Source: Patescibacteria group bacterium (lineage in GTDB: Bacteria > Patescibacteriota > SICC01). From it: DNA of 48,718 nucleotides. Position numbers and translations under genes: made by a program. The notes under the pieces were generated by a model that saw nothing but the letters and a program-made list of their open reading frames with translations, was not told where the DNA came from and ran no database searches. Below, piece after piece: positions 31,694-40,677 of the stretch (positions within the stretch are counted from its first letter, which is position 1; each line of letters opens with the position of its first letter). The stretch is taken from NCBI GenBank assembly GCA_040900285.1, contig JBBDZG010000002.1, forward strand, positions 1 to 48,718, read 5' to 3'.

Positions 31694-33229
31694 ATGGAAC
31701 TCAGCCCCAAACAACAAGTCACGGAACTGGTCAGGAAGTTCGACAACGTCCTGATCGTCACGCACGCTCGCCCCGACGGCGACGCGATCGGTTCGGCGTT
31801 GGCGATGCACCTGGTGCTTGAAGGACTCGGCAAGCATCCGACGACGATCATCCGCGACGAGGTTCCCGAGATGTACCGCTTCCTGCCGGCGCTCGACAAG
31901 ATCACCAGGGACCTGGCCGGCAGCCGCGACCTGGTGGTGAGCGTGAACACGGCCAAGACCAAGGTCGACAAGCTCAAGTACAACACGACCGAGGACCGCC
32001 TGAACGTGGTAATCTCGCCGAAGGAGGGCCAGTTCGTCGACAAGGACGTGGACGTCCGGCAAGGCGCATACAACTTCGACTTGGTAATCGTGCTCGACGC
32101 GCCCGACCTCGACCGGCTCGGCTCGCTTTACGAGGACAATCCCGACCTCTTCTACGAGGCGCCCGTCGTGAACATCGACCATCACCCGTCGAACGACTAC
32201 TTCGGCGCCGTGAACCTGGTCGACCTCACCGCGACCTCGACCGCCGAGATCCTGGTCGGCGTGATCGAAGCGCTGGGCGAGACGCTGATGACCGAAGACG
32301 TGGCGACGCTGCTCCTGACCGGCCTGATTACCGACACCGGTAGCTTCCAAAACGCCAACACGACCCCGAAGTCGCTGACGGTCAGCGCGCAACTGGTGGC
32401 CCAGGGCGGCCGGCAGCAGGAGATCATCCAGCACGTCTACAAGACCAAGCCGCTCTCGACGCTCCGGCTGTGGGGACGGGCACTGACGCGGCTCCAGTAC
32501 GACCCGACCACCCGCGTGGTCTGGGCCAGCCTGACCAATGTGGATTTCAAGGAGACCGGCGGCACACCGACCGAGGCCAAGGGCGTGATCGACTCGCTGA
32601 TGAGCTCGGCGCCGGATGCCGAGGTAATCCTGCTGCTCCGCGAACGCGAGGACGGCCGGATCGACGGCAGCGTCCGGACCACCAAGGGCGTCGACGCTAC
32701 CAAGGTGGTCGGTTTCTGGAATGGCGGCGGTCACAAGGGCGCGGCCGGCTTCGACACCGACGGTCCGCTGGACTACGCCGAACGGAACGTCGTGACCCAG
32801 ATCAAGAAGTGGCAGGCACAACGCCTCGGCGTACCGGGCCCGACCGAGAATACCTCGTCCGGCCGGTCGCAGACCGCGGATCTGCCGCCCCGCCCGACCC
32901 GGCAGGCCAACCAGCAACCTCCGCGCCACCAGCCCGGAACCCCGCAGCGCCGGCCCCGGCCACAGCAGGGTGCTCCCTCGCGTTCCGCGCCGAAGCCGCA
33001 ACCGTCACCCCGACCTAAGCCCTCCCGGCGTCCGGACGGCACCGTCAGCGGCGGCGTGACCGGCAAGGCCCCGGCGGCCAGCCCGCAAGACACGAACCGC
33101 CCGCGACGGGATCAGTCTCCCCAACGGCCGCTCTCAGACGACGAGCTGGACGCCTACTTCAAGAAATCGTCCGGGCCGAACGGACAGGTGATCGACCAAC
33201 GTCCGAAGGACGATGGAAATAAACCCTGA
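31694..33229 (+). CDS. nrnA: DHH/DHHA1 phosphoesterase (NrnA-type oligoribonuclease / pAp phosphatase) with a ~165-aa Pro/Gln/Arg-rich C-terminal extension
   Basis: Motifs HARPDGDAIGSA, DHH (NIDHHPSN) and DHHA1 GGGHKGAAGF are present. From about residue 345 the sequence is low complexity (PPRPTRQANQQPPRHQPGTPQRRPRPQQ...). Confidence 0.85.
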   Translation: MELSPKQQVTELVRKFDNVLIVTHARPDGDAIGSALAMHLVLEGLGKHPTTIIRDEVPEMYRFLPALDKITRDLAGSRDLVVSVNTAKTKVDKLKYNTTEDRLNVVISPKEGQFVDKDVDVRQGAYNFDLVIVLDAPDLDRLGSLYEDNPDLFYEAPVVNIDHHPSNDYFGAVNLVDLTATSTAEILVGVIEALGETLMTEDVATLLLTGLITDTGSFQNANTTPKSLTVSAQLVAQGGRQQEIIQHVYKTKPLSTLRLWGRALTRLQYDPTTRVVWASLTNVDFKETGGTPTEAKGVIDSLMSSAPDAEVILLLREREDGRIDGSVRTTKGVDATKVVGFWNGGGHKGAAGFDTDGPLDYAERNVVTQIKKWQAQRLGVPGPTENTSSGRSQTADLPPRPTRQANQQPPRHQPGTPQRRPRPQQGAPSRSAPKPQPSPRPKPSRRPDGTVSGGVTGKAPAASPQDTNRPRRDQSPQRPLSDDELDAYFKKSSGPNGQVIDQRPKDDGNKP

Positions 33230-33626
33230 GCGCTCCGGACGGGAGCCGGGCGAGGAGGCGCTGCCCCGGACCGAGATCGCGCCGTCGGCCCATGACGTGG
33301 CGCGGGCACTGATTTATATGGAAGACCCCGCCGCCATCCGGACGTTCACCGGCGGCACGCGGATCGAGTGGGAGGCATACGGGAAATTCTCGATCCACGT
33401 CTATGACCCCGCCGCGCCCCCGCCGATCCGGGAACGGAGTTTCCATGCGGATTTCGAGGCCGAACACTTCCACTACGGGGAACTGCCGGGGGTTTTCCAA
33501 GGAAGGTCGGGGTTGCGGCAGTTCATCGATCCGGTGGGAGCACGGCGTCGGCGGGAGCAAGAGGCACGGAACCGATTGCCGATCCCGGACCGCGTGGCGG
33601 AAGTACTCGCCGAATACCTGCGATAA
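33213..33626 (+). CDS. Hypothetical protein
   Basis: 137-aa ORF with third-position G/C bias like its neighbours. It overlaps the nrnA stop by 17 nt and ends 7 nt before truB. I recognised no family. Confidence 0.55.
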   Translation: MEINPERSGREPGEEALPRTEIAPSAHDVARALIYMEDPAAIRTFTGGTRIEWEAYGKFSIHVYDPAAPPPIRERSFHADFEAEHFHYGELPGVFQGRSGLRQFIDPVGARRRREQEARNRLPIPDRVAEVLAEYLR

Positions 33627-33633
33627 TCGGGGC

Positions 33634-34338
33634 ATGACGAACGGATCCGGCTTCCTGTTGATCGATAAGCCGCCGGGCTGGACCAGCCACGACGTCGTGG
33701 CGCACGTCCGGAAGATCGGCGGCGTGAGGAAGGTCGGCCACGGCGGGACGCTCGACCCGATGGCGACGGGGTTGTTGGTGATCGGGCTGGGCGCGGCCAC
33801 CAAGGAGCTCGAGCGGTTCGCGCGGGGCGACAAAACGTACGTCGCCGAAGTGACGCTGGGTGCGACGACTGCCACCGATGATGCCGAAGGCGAGCCGAAG
33901 CCGGTCCCCGATGCGCCGAAACCGTCCCGGGCGGACGTCGAATTGGCACTGAAGCGATTCGAAGGGGACGTCGAACAGCTGCCGCCGACATACTCCGCGA
34001 TCAAGACCGGCGGGAAGAAGGCGTACGTCGAGGCGCGCAAAGGCCGGGAAGTCGAACGGAAACCGAGGAACGTCACGGTCCGTTCGATCAAGCTGGTCCG
34101 GTACGAGTGGCCGGTCGTCGAGTTCCGCTGTACCGTCTCGAAAGGCACCTACATCCGCTCAATAGCCCGCGATCTCGGTGAAAAGCTCGGCACCGGCGGG
34201 TACCTCTCGAGTCTGCGCCGGGAAAAGGTGGGCGGTTTCGACGTTAGTCGGGCAGTCGGTGCGGACGTCATCGACGGCCCGTGGTTCGAGCTAGAAAAGA
34301 GGATACTTCCCCTGGACGATTCGACGCAAAGCCGGTAG
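33634..34338 (+). CDS. truB: tRNA pseudouridine(55) synthase, short form without a PUA domain
   Basis: From the ATG at 33634 it begins MTNGSGFLLIDKPPGWTSHDVV. It has the catalytic motif GHGGTLDPMATGLL and YSAIKTGGKKAY. Confidence 0.9.
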   Translation: MTNGSGFLLIDKPPGWTSHDVVAHVRKIGGVRKVGHGGTLDPMATGLLVIGLGAATKELERFARGDKTYVAEVTLGATTATDDAEGEPKPVPDAPKPSRADVELALKRFEGDVEQLPPTYSAIKTGGKKAYVEARKGREVERKPRNVTVRSIKLVRYEWPVVEFRCTVSKGTYIRSIARDLGEKLGTGGYLSSLRREKVGGFDVSRAVGADVIDGPWFELEKRILPLDDSTQSR

Positions 34339-34351
34339 TCTGGAATCCGTT

Positions 34352-34618
34352 ATGCCCACAACCGAGGAGAAATCCAAGGTCATCGCGGAGCATGCCGCGT
34401 CCAAGAAGGACGTCGGCTCGACTACCGTGCAGATCGCGCTGCTCACGGCCCGAATCACCGAGCTGACGGCGCACATGAAGCGGCATCCGAATGACAATCA
34501 TTCGGAACGCGGACTGGAGCTGCTGGTGGGCAAACGGCGCCGGCTCCTGGACTACCTTGCTCGCACGGACAAGGCGGCCTACCAAGAACTGGTGAAAAAG
34601 CTTAAGCTTCGTAAGTAG
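34352..34618 (+). CDS. rpsO: 30S ribosomal protein S15
   Basis: 88 aa with typical S15 motifs: GSTTVQIALLTARITELTAHMKRHPNDNHSERGL and LVGKRRRLLDYL. Confidence 0.95.
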   Translation: MPTTEEKSKVIAEHAASKKDVGSTTVQIALLTARITELTAHMKRHPNDNHSERGLELLVGKRRRLLDYLARTDKAAYQELVKKLKLRK

Positions 34619-34740
34619 TTATCGTTTAATAATTTAATTCATAAACGGCACGGAGCGTGTCGAGACCTGAGCGCCGAAGCGCCGCCGAGCGGCTTCGACC
34701 CCCGGACTTCTACATGCTCCCGCCACGATAGGAGGAACGC

Positions 34741-36948
34741 ATGTTCAACGTGCAAACCGCAGAAGGAGCCTTCGGCTCCGAAACATTGAAGTACGAGACC
34801 GGCAAGTTGGCCGGCCTGGCCGACGGCGCCGTCACGGCGCGGTACGGCGATACCGTCGTCCTGGTGACGGCGGTGGTCGGTGACCAGAAGCCGGGATTCG
34901 ATTACTTCCCGATGATGGTCAGCTACGAAGAGAAGATGTACGCGGCCGGCAAGATCTCGGGCGGATTCTTCAAACGGGAAGGCCGGCCCAGCGAGGAAGC
35001 GACGCTGATCTCGCGGCAGATCGACCGCCCGATTCGCCCGCTGTTCCCGAAGAACTGCCGGAACGACATCCAGGTGATCGCGACGGTGCTGTCCGTGGAC
35101 GGCATCCACCATCCCGACGTCGTAGCAATGAACGCCGCGTCGACCGCGCTGCACCTGGCCGGCGCGCCGATGGCCGAGATGATCGGCGCCGCCCGGATCG
35201 GCGAGATCGACGGCGAGTTGGTCGTGAACCCGACCGAATCGCAGCGCGAGCAGTCCAAGCTGGACCTGGTCGTCGCCGGGACCAAGGACAAGGTCATGAT
35301 GGTCGAGGCCGGCGCCAGCGAAGTGACCGAGGAACGGATGCTCAAGGCGTTCGACCTGGCCTTGGCGGAGATCAAGAAGGCGATCGCGATCCAGGAGGAG
35401 CTGGTTGGCAAGGTCGCGCCCGAGAAGCGGGAAGCGGCGTTGGCCGAGGCCGATCCGGACCTGGAGCGCGACGTCGCCGAGAAGGCCCGCGCCAAGCTGC
35501 TGGAAATCACACTGAACTCCAGCCAGGCGGAGCGTGAAAAGAAGGTCGCCGAGCTGACCGGCTGGCTCGAAGAAGAACTGATTCCGGAAGAAGCGGCCGA
35601 GGATCCGAAATGGACCCATGGCCAGGTCAAGGATGCGTTCACCAAGGTCGAGCAGGAAGTGATCCGCGAGGCGGTCCTCGGGCACGACGTCCGCCCCGAC
35701 GGCCGCAAGCTCGCCGAGATCCGACCGATCAGCTGCGAAATCGGCGTGCTGCCGAGGACGCACGGCTCCGCGATCTTCACGCGCGGCCAGACCCAGGCAT
35801 TGACGCTGACCACGCTCGGCACGCCGGGCGACCAGCAGATCATCGACACGATGCTCGAGGACACCAAACGCCGCTACATGCACCACTACAACTTTCCGCC
35901 GTTCTCGGTGGGTGAAGCGCGTCCCGTGCGCGGCCCGGGCCGGCGCGAGATCGGCCACGGTTCGCTGGCTGAGCGGGCGCTGCTCCCGATGATTCCCGAC
36001 CAGGAAGACTTCCCGTACACGATGCGGTTGGTCAGCGAGATCCTGGCCTCGAACGGCTCGACCTCGATGGCCTCCGTCTGCGGCTCGACGTTGTCCCTGA
36101 TGGACGCGGGCGTACCGATCAAGAAGCCGGTCTCCGGCATCGCGATGGGACTGGTCACGGACGGCGATACAACGAAAGTACTCACCGACATCCAGGGCGC
36201 CGAGGACTTCGCCGGCGACATGGACTTCAAGGTGGCCGGTACCAAGGACGGCATCACCGCGCTCCAGATGGACATGAAGGTCCACGGCATCCCGCTGGAG
36301 GTGATGACGGAGGCGCTCGAACAGGCCAAGACGGCCCGGCTCGAGATCATGGAGAAGATGCTGGCCGCCATCCCCGAACCGCGCAAGGACTTGGCGCCGC
36401 ACGCGCCGCGCATCACCAGCATGAAGATCGACCCGGAGAAGATCCGGATCGTGATCGGCCCGGGCGGCAAGACGATCAACGAGATCACCCAGGCCACCGG
36501 CGTGACCATCGACCTCGAGGACGACGGCACCGTGATGATCGGTTCCACTGAGGGCGAAGGCGCCCAGAAAGCGATCGACTGGATCGAGGCGCTGACCGCC
36601 GAACCGGAGGTCGGCAAGGTCTATGACGGCAAAGTCACCAAGCTGATGCCGTTCGGCGCGTTCGTCGAGTTCATGCCGGGCAAGGAAGGCATGGTCCACG
36701 TCTCGCAGATCTCGGACGAGCGGGTCGCGACGGTAGAGGACGCGCTGAAGGTCGGCCAGGAAGTGAAGGTCATGGTGATCGAGGTCGATTCCCAGGGACG
36801 CAACAACCTCTCGATCAAGGCGGCCAAGAACGGTGCCGACGCGGCGGCCGTGGCTGAGGAAGTGCGCCAGGCGCGTGCCCCGCGGAACGGCGGCGGCCGG
36901 GACCGGCGCGGCCCGGGCGGTCCCCCGCGAGGCCGACCCCACCGTTAA
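34741..36948 (+). CDS. pnp: Polyribonucleotide nucleotidyltransferase (PNPase) with an Arg/Gly-rich C-terminal tail
   Basis: It has two RNase PH domains, KH and S1 domains (GKVTKLMPFGAFVEF) and a strong SD, AGGAGG, at 34730-34735. The tail is RQARAPRNGGGRDRRGPGGPPRGRPHR. Confidence 0.95.
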   Translation: MFNVQTAEGAFGSETLKYETGKLAGLADGAVTARYGDTVVLVTAVVGDQKPGFDYFPMMVSYEEKMYAAGKISGGFFKREGRPSEEATLISRQIDRPIRPLFPKNCRNDIQVIATVLSVDGIHHPDVVAMNAASTALHLAGAPMAEMIGAARIGEIDGELVVNPTESQREQSKLDLVVAGTKDKVMMVEAGASEVTEERMLKAFDLALAEIKKAIAIQEELVGKVAPEKREAALAEADPDLERDVAEKARAKLLEITLNSSQAEREKKVAELTGWLEEELIPEEAAEDPKWTHGQVKDAFTKVEQEVIREAVLGHDVRPDGRKLAEIRPISCEIGVLPRTHGSAIFTRGQTQALTLTTLGTPGDQQIIDTMLEDTKRRYMHHYNFPPFSVGEARPVRGPGRREIGHGSLAERALLPMIPDQEDFPYTMRLVSEILASNGSTSMASVCGSTLSLMDAGVPIKKPVSGIAMGLVTDGDTTKVLTDIQGAEDFAGDMDFKVAGTKDGITALQMDMKVHGIPLEVMTEALEQAKTARLEIMEKMLAAIPEPRKDLAPHAPRITSMKIDPEKIRIVIGPGGKTINEITQATGVTIDLEDDGTVMIGSTEGEGAQKAIDWIEALTAEPEVGKVYDGKVTKLMPFGAFVEFMPGKEGMVHVSQISDERVATVEDALKVGQEVKVMVIEVDSQGRNNLSIKAAKNGADAAAVAEEVRQARAPRNGGGRDRRGPGGPPRGRPHR

Positions 36949-36974
36949 GCCGTTTTTCTCGAAACTGAGCGAAT

Positions 36975-37011
36975 AATCCCCGCGTTCTACCCATTGACTG
37001 GCGCGGGGATT
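36975..37011 (+). terminator. Hairpin downstream of pnp (10-bp stem, 17-nt loop), a weak intrinsic terminator candidate
   Basis: AATCCCCGCG (36975-36984) pairs with CGCGGGGATT (37002-37011). Only a TT follows, so termination efficiency is doubtful. The loop contains the -35 of the next promoter. Confidence 0.35.
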
Positions 37012-37023
37012 TCGGCATACTCT
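36994..37023 (+). promoter_or_regulatory. Promoter candidate (TTGACT-18-TACTCT), with -10 lying 8 nt before the ATG at 37032
   Basis: The plus strand reads TTGACTggcgcggggatttcggcaTACTCTatatcgttATG. Confidence 0.4.
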
Positions 37024-37031
37024 ATATCGTT

Positions 37032-37721
37032 ATGGAAGCAGGATCCGAGCGCCTATTAGGTATACCGTCGCTTTTCCGCTCAAGGGACGGAGGCCGCCGC
37101 GGCTGCCCGGGTGGGGATGGCGTTGCCGAGGCGAGGGAGGAAACCCCCGAGGAAAAGCGGGCGATCCGGCGCGGCACCACCGAAGAGCTCCTGCGGCGCG
37201 CTACCGACGTCGACCCCGGCGAGCTGGAAAGCCTGCGTGAGCGGGCGGAACGCAGGCCCGAAAGGCTGACCCTGGCACAGGAGCTCAGGTTGCACGATAT
37301 GATCAAGCAGCTGGCCGCGATCCGCCTGATCGGTGCCGAGGAAATCGAGATCACGGATCCGATCAGCAAGGAAAGGGCCGAGGTGGTGTCGGGCTCGAAT
37401 CGGGGAGGTATCCAGCGGATTACCCACATCGTTCCCGACAGCGAGGAAATGGGTACGGATAAGGGAATTCTGGGGGTCAGGCCGGTCTACGTACCGCACT
37501 TCCTGAACGTTGCGGGCGAACCGCGGGAAGTATTCTGGCAGGAAAACACCGTCGGCCGGTTGGACCGGGACGGAGAACCGATGGGTACGGTCCAGATCAC
37601 TTCGCGGCAATCCCCGCCGGACCAGATCGCGAGACTGATCCCGCTGCTGCGGGACGGAGAAGTGGCGAAACAGATCTGGCCCGAGCTGCATCCCGGCGCG
37701 GAAGACCAAGCGGAAGCCTAG
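37032..37721 (+). CDS. Hypothetical protein
   Basis: 229-aa ORF with gene-like codon bias and a charged helical N-half (EEKRAIRRGTTEELLRRATDVDPGELESLRERAERRPE). I recognised no family. Confidence 0.6.
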   Translation: MEAGSERLLGIPSLFRSRDGGRRGCPGGDGVAEAREETPEEKRAIRRGTTEELLRRATDVDPGELESLRERAERRPERLTLAQELRLHDMIKQLAAIRLIGAEEIEITDPISKERAEVVSGSNRGGIQRITHIVPDSEEMGTDKGILGVRPVYVPHFLNVAGEPREVFWQENTVGRLDRDGEPMGTVQITSRQSPPDQIARLIPLLRDGEVAKQIWPELHPGAEDQAEA

Positions 37722-37741
37722 TTTTTGCTACAATACGCCGG

Positions 37742-39307
37742 ATGGTTGCTGAGGCTAGGAAAAGGCGTCGGTTGCGGAACTCCGTGACGAGTATTCAGTC
37801 CCTGCCGGCGTTGGTCGCGGGATTGCTGCTGCTTGTGGCGGGAATCGCGCTCTGGTTGCTGTTGTCGAGTGCCTCGGTCACCAAGAACCTCTTCGCGAAA
37901 CTCCCGGAAGACAGCCGGATCGCCGGCGTGGCGCGATTGGCCGCGTTCGATTACGGGACGCTGGAGCAAGTGAGCTCGTCGGCTGCCATCTACCCGGACG
38001 AAACCAAGGCGTTCGTCTCGCTCGTCCGTAGTGCCGTTTCCCCGGAACTGCTCGCCAAGGCGCTGGGCGGTGAGGTGGGATTCGCCCAGACGCCGGACGG
38101 GCATACGCTAGCGGTCGTCACCGTGCGGGACGAAGCGCTCTACTCGCAGCTGGCCGACGCGATCGGCGGCAGGTTGGATAACGCCAAGCCGGTCGCGATC
38201 GACACGCCGGAACGCGGCAGCCTGACGTTTTCCGGCGGCCGCCTGCCGGGCACGAAGATCACGGTCCTGTCCTATCGCGAAGGCAGCTACGTCTACTTCG
38301 CGACGGACCAGCGCCTGATACTGGGCGCGCTGGAAGGAGCCGGGGGGTTCGATCGGCACGATCGTTTCGCGGACGTTTCGAACGACCTGCCCGGCTCCCA
38401 GGATGCCTACGTGTTCCTGGACGGCTCGCTGTCCGAACGGTATCCGCGGCTGAAATACGACTTGGTCGGCCTGGCGATCGAGAACGACGAACGGCGGCTG
38501 AAGATCGAAGCGGTTAACGCGGTGACGCCGCAGGCGCAGGAGGCGCTCGGCCGCACGTCCGGCAACCTGCTGCCGCCCGTTTCCGCCGCGCCGGTCAGTA
38601 TCTCGGGAACGAACGTCCTGAAGTTCCTTCGGCTGCTCGAGGAGCAGCGTTCGGAAGAGGACCTGCCCGGCGTGCTGCGGTTCCAGAACGGCGTGTCGTC
38701 CGTGGATCGGCAACTGGGTATCGACCTCGAGCGCGATTACCTGGCCGCCGCCGACGGAGCATTCGTGTATGCGCGGTACCGGGACGGCGACGCCCGGCAC
38801 TGGATGGGTCTGCTGGAGTTCGGCTCTCCGGAAACGGCGCGCGGTAAGACCGACGAGCTGCAAAAGTTGCTGAAGGCGAAGGCCAAGGTGCCGGTCCGGC
38901 GCGAGGTGGTGAAGGTACTTCCCGACGGCACGCGCTCCCGGGAGATCGAGTCGCAGCGGAACGAACCGTTGTCCGTAAGGATGGTGACGGTCGAAGGGCA
39001 GCCCGCCGGTTCGGCCCGGCTGCCGTCCATGGGACGGGCCGTCTGGCAAGTACGGGACCGGTACCTGCTGATCGGCAGTTCGGAAGAGGCGGTTGCCAGG
39101 CTGGTGCGGTCCCTGGTCGATCCGTCGCCGGCGGACGCCAGAGGGCAGCTCGTCGTCCGGGCGGCCCTGGCCGAAGCGGCGACGGTGACCGGCGGCGAGG
39201 ACGGGCTCTTCGGGTGGATCCTGTTCACCCGCCCCGGACGCGGCAGCTTCGCTCTCGATAAGGCGACCGGCGAGCTGACCGGCGACGTGACGTTCGCGGA
39301 GCGCTGA
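37742..39307 (+). CDS. Hypothetical membrane-anchored protein (large extracytoplasmic domain)
   Basis: 521 aa with a basic N-terminus, one TM helix (LPALVAGLLLLVAGIALWLLL) and then a soluble domain. TGcTACAAT lies 7 nt before the ATG. The stop overlaps the nfo start (TGATG). Confidence 0.65.
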   Translation: MVAEARKRRRLRNSVTSIQSLPALVAGLLLLVAGIALWLLLSSASVTKNLFAKLPEDSRIAGVARLAAFDYGTLEQVSSSAAIYPDETKAFVSLVRSAVSPELLAKALGGEVGFAQTPDGHTLAVVTVRDEALYSQLADAIGGRLDNAKPVAIDTPERGSLTFSGGRLPGTKITVLSYREGSYVYFATDQRLILGALEGAGGFDRHDRFADVSNDLPGSQDAYVFLDGSLSERYPRLKYDLVGLAIENDERRLKIEAVNAVTPQAQEALGRTSGNLLPPVSAAPVSISGTNVLKFLRLLEEQRSEEDLPGVLRFQNGVSSVDRQLGIDLERDYLAAADGAFVYARYRDGDARHWMGLLEFGSPETARGKTDELQKLLKAKAKVPVRREVVKVLPDGTRSREIESQRNEPLSVRMVTVEGQPAGSARLPSMGRAVWQVRDRYLLIGSSEEAVARLVRSLVDPSPADARGQLVVRAALAEAATVTGGEDGLFGWILFTRPGRGSFALDKATGELTGDVTFAER

Positions 39308-40200
39308 TGCGGTTCGGGGCGCACCTCTCCATAGCCAAGGGGCTGCCCGCCCTGCTGGCGAACGCCGACGAACTCGGCGCGACGGCGATTCAGATCTTCG
39401 CCCGTAACCCGCGCGGCCGGGGCGAGACAAAGGTCACCGCTGCGGAAGCCGCCGAGTTTCGCAAGGAGCTGAAGCGTCGGAATGCCAAGCTTTACATCCA
39501 CGCGCCGTACTACGTGCAGGTCGGCGCGGCCGACGCGCGGAACCGTCGGATCGCCGCGGAGGTCGCGGCCGCGGACCTGGTGAAAGGGGACCTGCTCGGC
39601 GCCGAAGGCGTCGTCGTGCACTTCGGAGGGTCCGTCGACGAAGCCGACCCCGACCCGAGCACCGAACGCACGGTCCAGACGATCAAGCGGGCGCTGAAGA
39701 AAGCCGGACGGACCAGGTGCCGGCTGCTGCTCGAGGTTTCGGCGGGGCGGAAGCGCGTCGGGGCGACGTTCGAGCAGATCCGGGCCGTCCTGGACGGCGT
39801 CGGTGAGCCGCGGCGGCTCGGGGTCTGCCTGGATACCTGCCACCTCTTTACCGCCGGCTTCGACATCCGCGGTACCGGCGCGACCAAGATGCTGGACCGG
39901 TTTGCGAAGGTCGTCGGGCTCCGGAAACTGGGGGCGGTCCATCTGAACGACACGCAGTCCGATCTCGGCGGCGGGCTGGACCGGCACTTCCATATCGGCC
40001 AGGGGCAGATCGGCGAAACTGCGTTCAGGAACCTGCTCCGGGATCCGAGGCTCAAAGACACGGACTTCATGCTGGAAACGCCGAAAGAGGGCTGGGGAAA
40101 GTCCGAGCGGCTGCCGAAGGGCAAGGGAGCCCCGCCGCTTGAGGCGGATGCCAAGAACCTGGCTACGCTCCGGCGGCTTGCCGGGCCGGCCGCCCGTTGA
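39307..40200 (+). CDS. nfo: Deoxyribonuclease IV (AP endonuclease, Nfo family)
   Basis: It begins MRFGAHLS and carries IHAPYYVQ, VVHFG, LLE, CLDTCHLFTAG and HLND metal-ligand motifs. Confidence 0.9.
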   Translation: MRFGAHLSIAKGLPALLANADELGATAIQIFARNPRGRGETKVTAAEAAEFRKELKRRNAKLYIHAPYYVQVGAADARNRRIAAEVAAADLVKGDLLGAEGVVVHFGGSVDEADPDPSTERTVQTIKRALKKAGRTRCRLLLEVSAGRKRVGATFEQIRAVLDGVGEPRRLGVCLDTCHLFTAGFDIRGTGATKMLDRFAKVVGLRKLGAVHLNDTQSDLGGGLDRHFHIGQGQIGETAFRNLLRDPRLKDTDFMLETPKEGWGKSERLPKGKGAPPLEADAKNLATLRRLAGPAAR

Positions 40201-40226
40201 GGTGCCGGAGCTGGTACGCTTAAACC

Positions 40227-40664
40227 GTGGCGAAAACGGACATCGCGAACGGCGCAACTCACCCGGCGACGTACGTCGCCTGGACCCAGACCTTGCTCGC
40301 CACCTCGGCGAGCCTGTACTTCAGCGAAATCGCCGGGTACCTGCCGTGCCTGCTGTGCTGGTATCAACGGATCGCGATGTACCCGCTGGTGATTATCCTG
40401 GCGGTCGGCATCCTGCGCCGCGACCGCAAGGTGTACCAATACGTCCTGCCGCTGGCGATTATCGGCGCCCTGGTAGCGTCGTACCACGCCCTGCTCTACT
40501 ACGGCGTCGTCCCCGAATCAGAACAGACCTGCCGGGCGGGTGTTTCCTGTACCACCGAATACGTTTCGTACCTCGGCTTCATCACGATCCCGCTGCTGTC
40601 GCTGACCGCATTCCTGGTAGTCATCGCCTGCATGGTGCTACTCTGGAAAACGGCTAAGAAATGA
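40227..40664 (+). CDS. bdbC: Disulfide bond formation protein B (BdbC/DsbB family)
   Basis: 145 aa with four TM helices and the CxxC motif in YLPCLLCWYQRIAMYP. A second Cys pair occurs in QTCRAGVSC. The GTG start lies 6 nt after TGgTACGCT. Confidence 0.85.
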   Translation: MAKTDIANGATHPATYVAWTQTLLATSASLYFSEIAGYLPCLLCWYQRIAMYPLVIILAVGILRRDRKVYQYVLPLAIIGALVASYHALLYYGVVPESEQTCRAGVSCTTEYVSYLGFITIPLLSLTAFLVVIACMVLLWKTAKK

Positions 40665-40677
40665 GCCCCGGGCCGAC

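Noticed and set aside
34639-36942. 767-aa minus-strand ORF antisense to pnp. Similar long antisense or alternate-frame ORFs occur at 4499-5911, 6153-7337, 12612-13934, 18348-20051, 20951-22009, 24850-25896, 25859-26872, 26857-28086, 38108-39430 and 38737-40257.
   Set aside because: All lie opposite or out of frame to genes with clear family motifs. They have Arg/Pro/Gly/Ala-dominated low-information translations and lack plausible start contexts, so I treat them as GC-driven artefacts.
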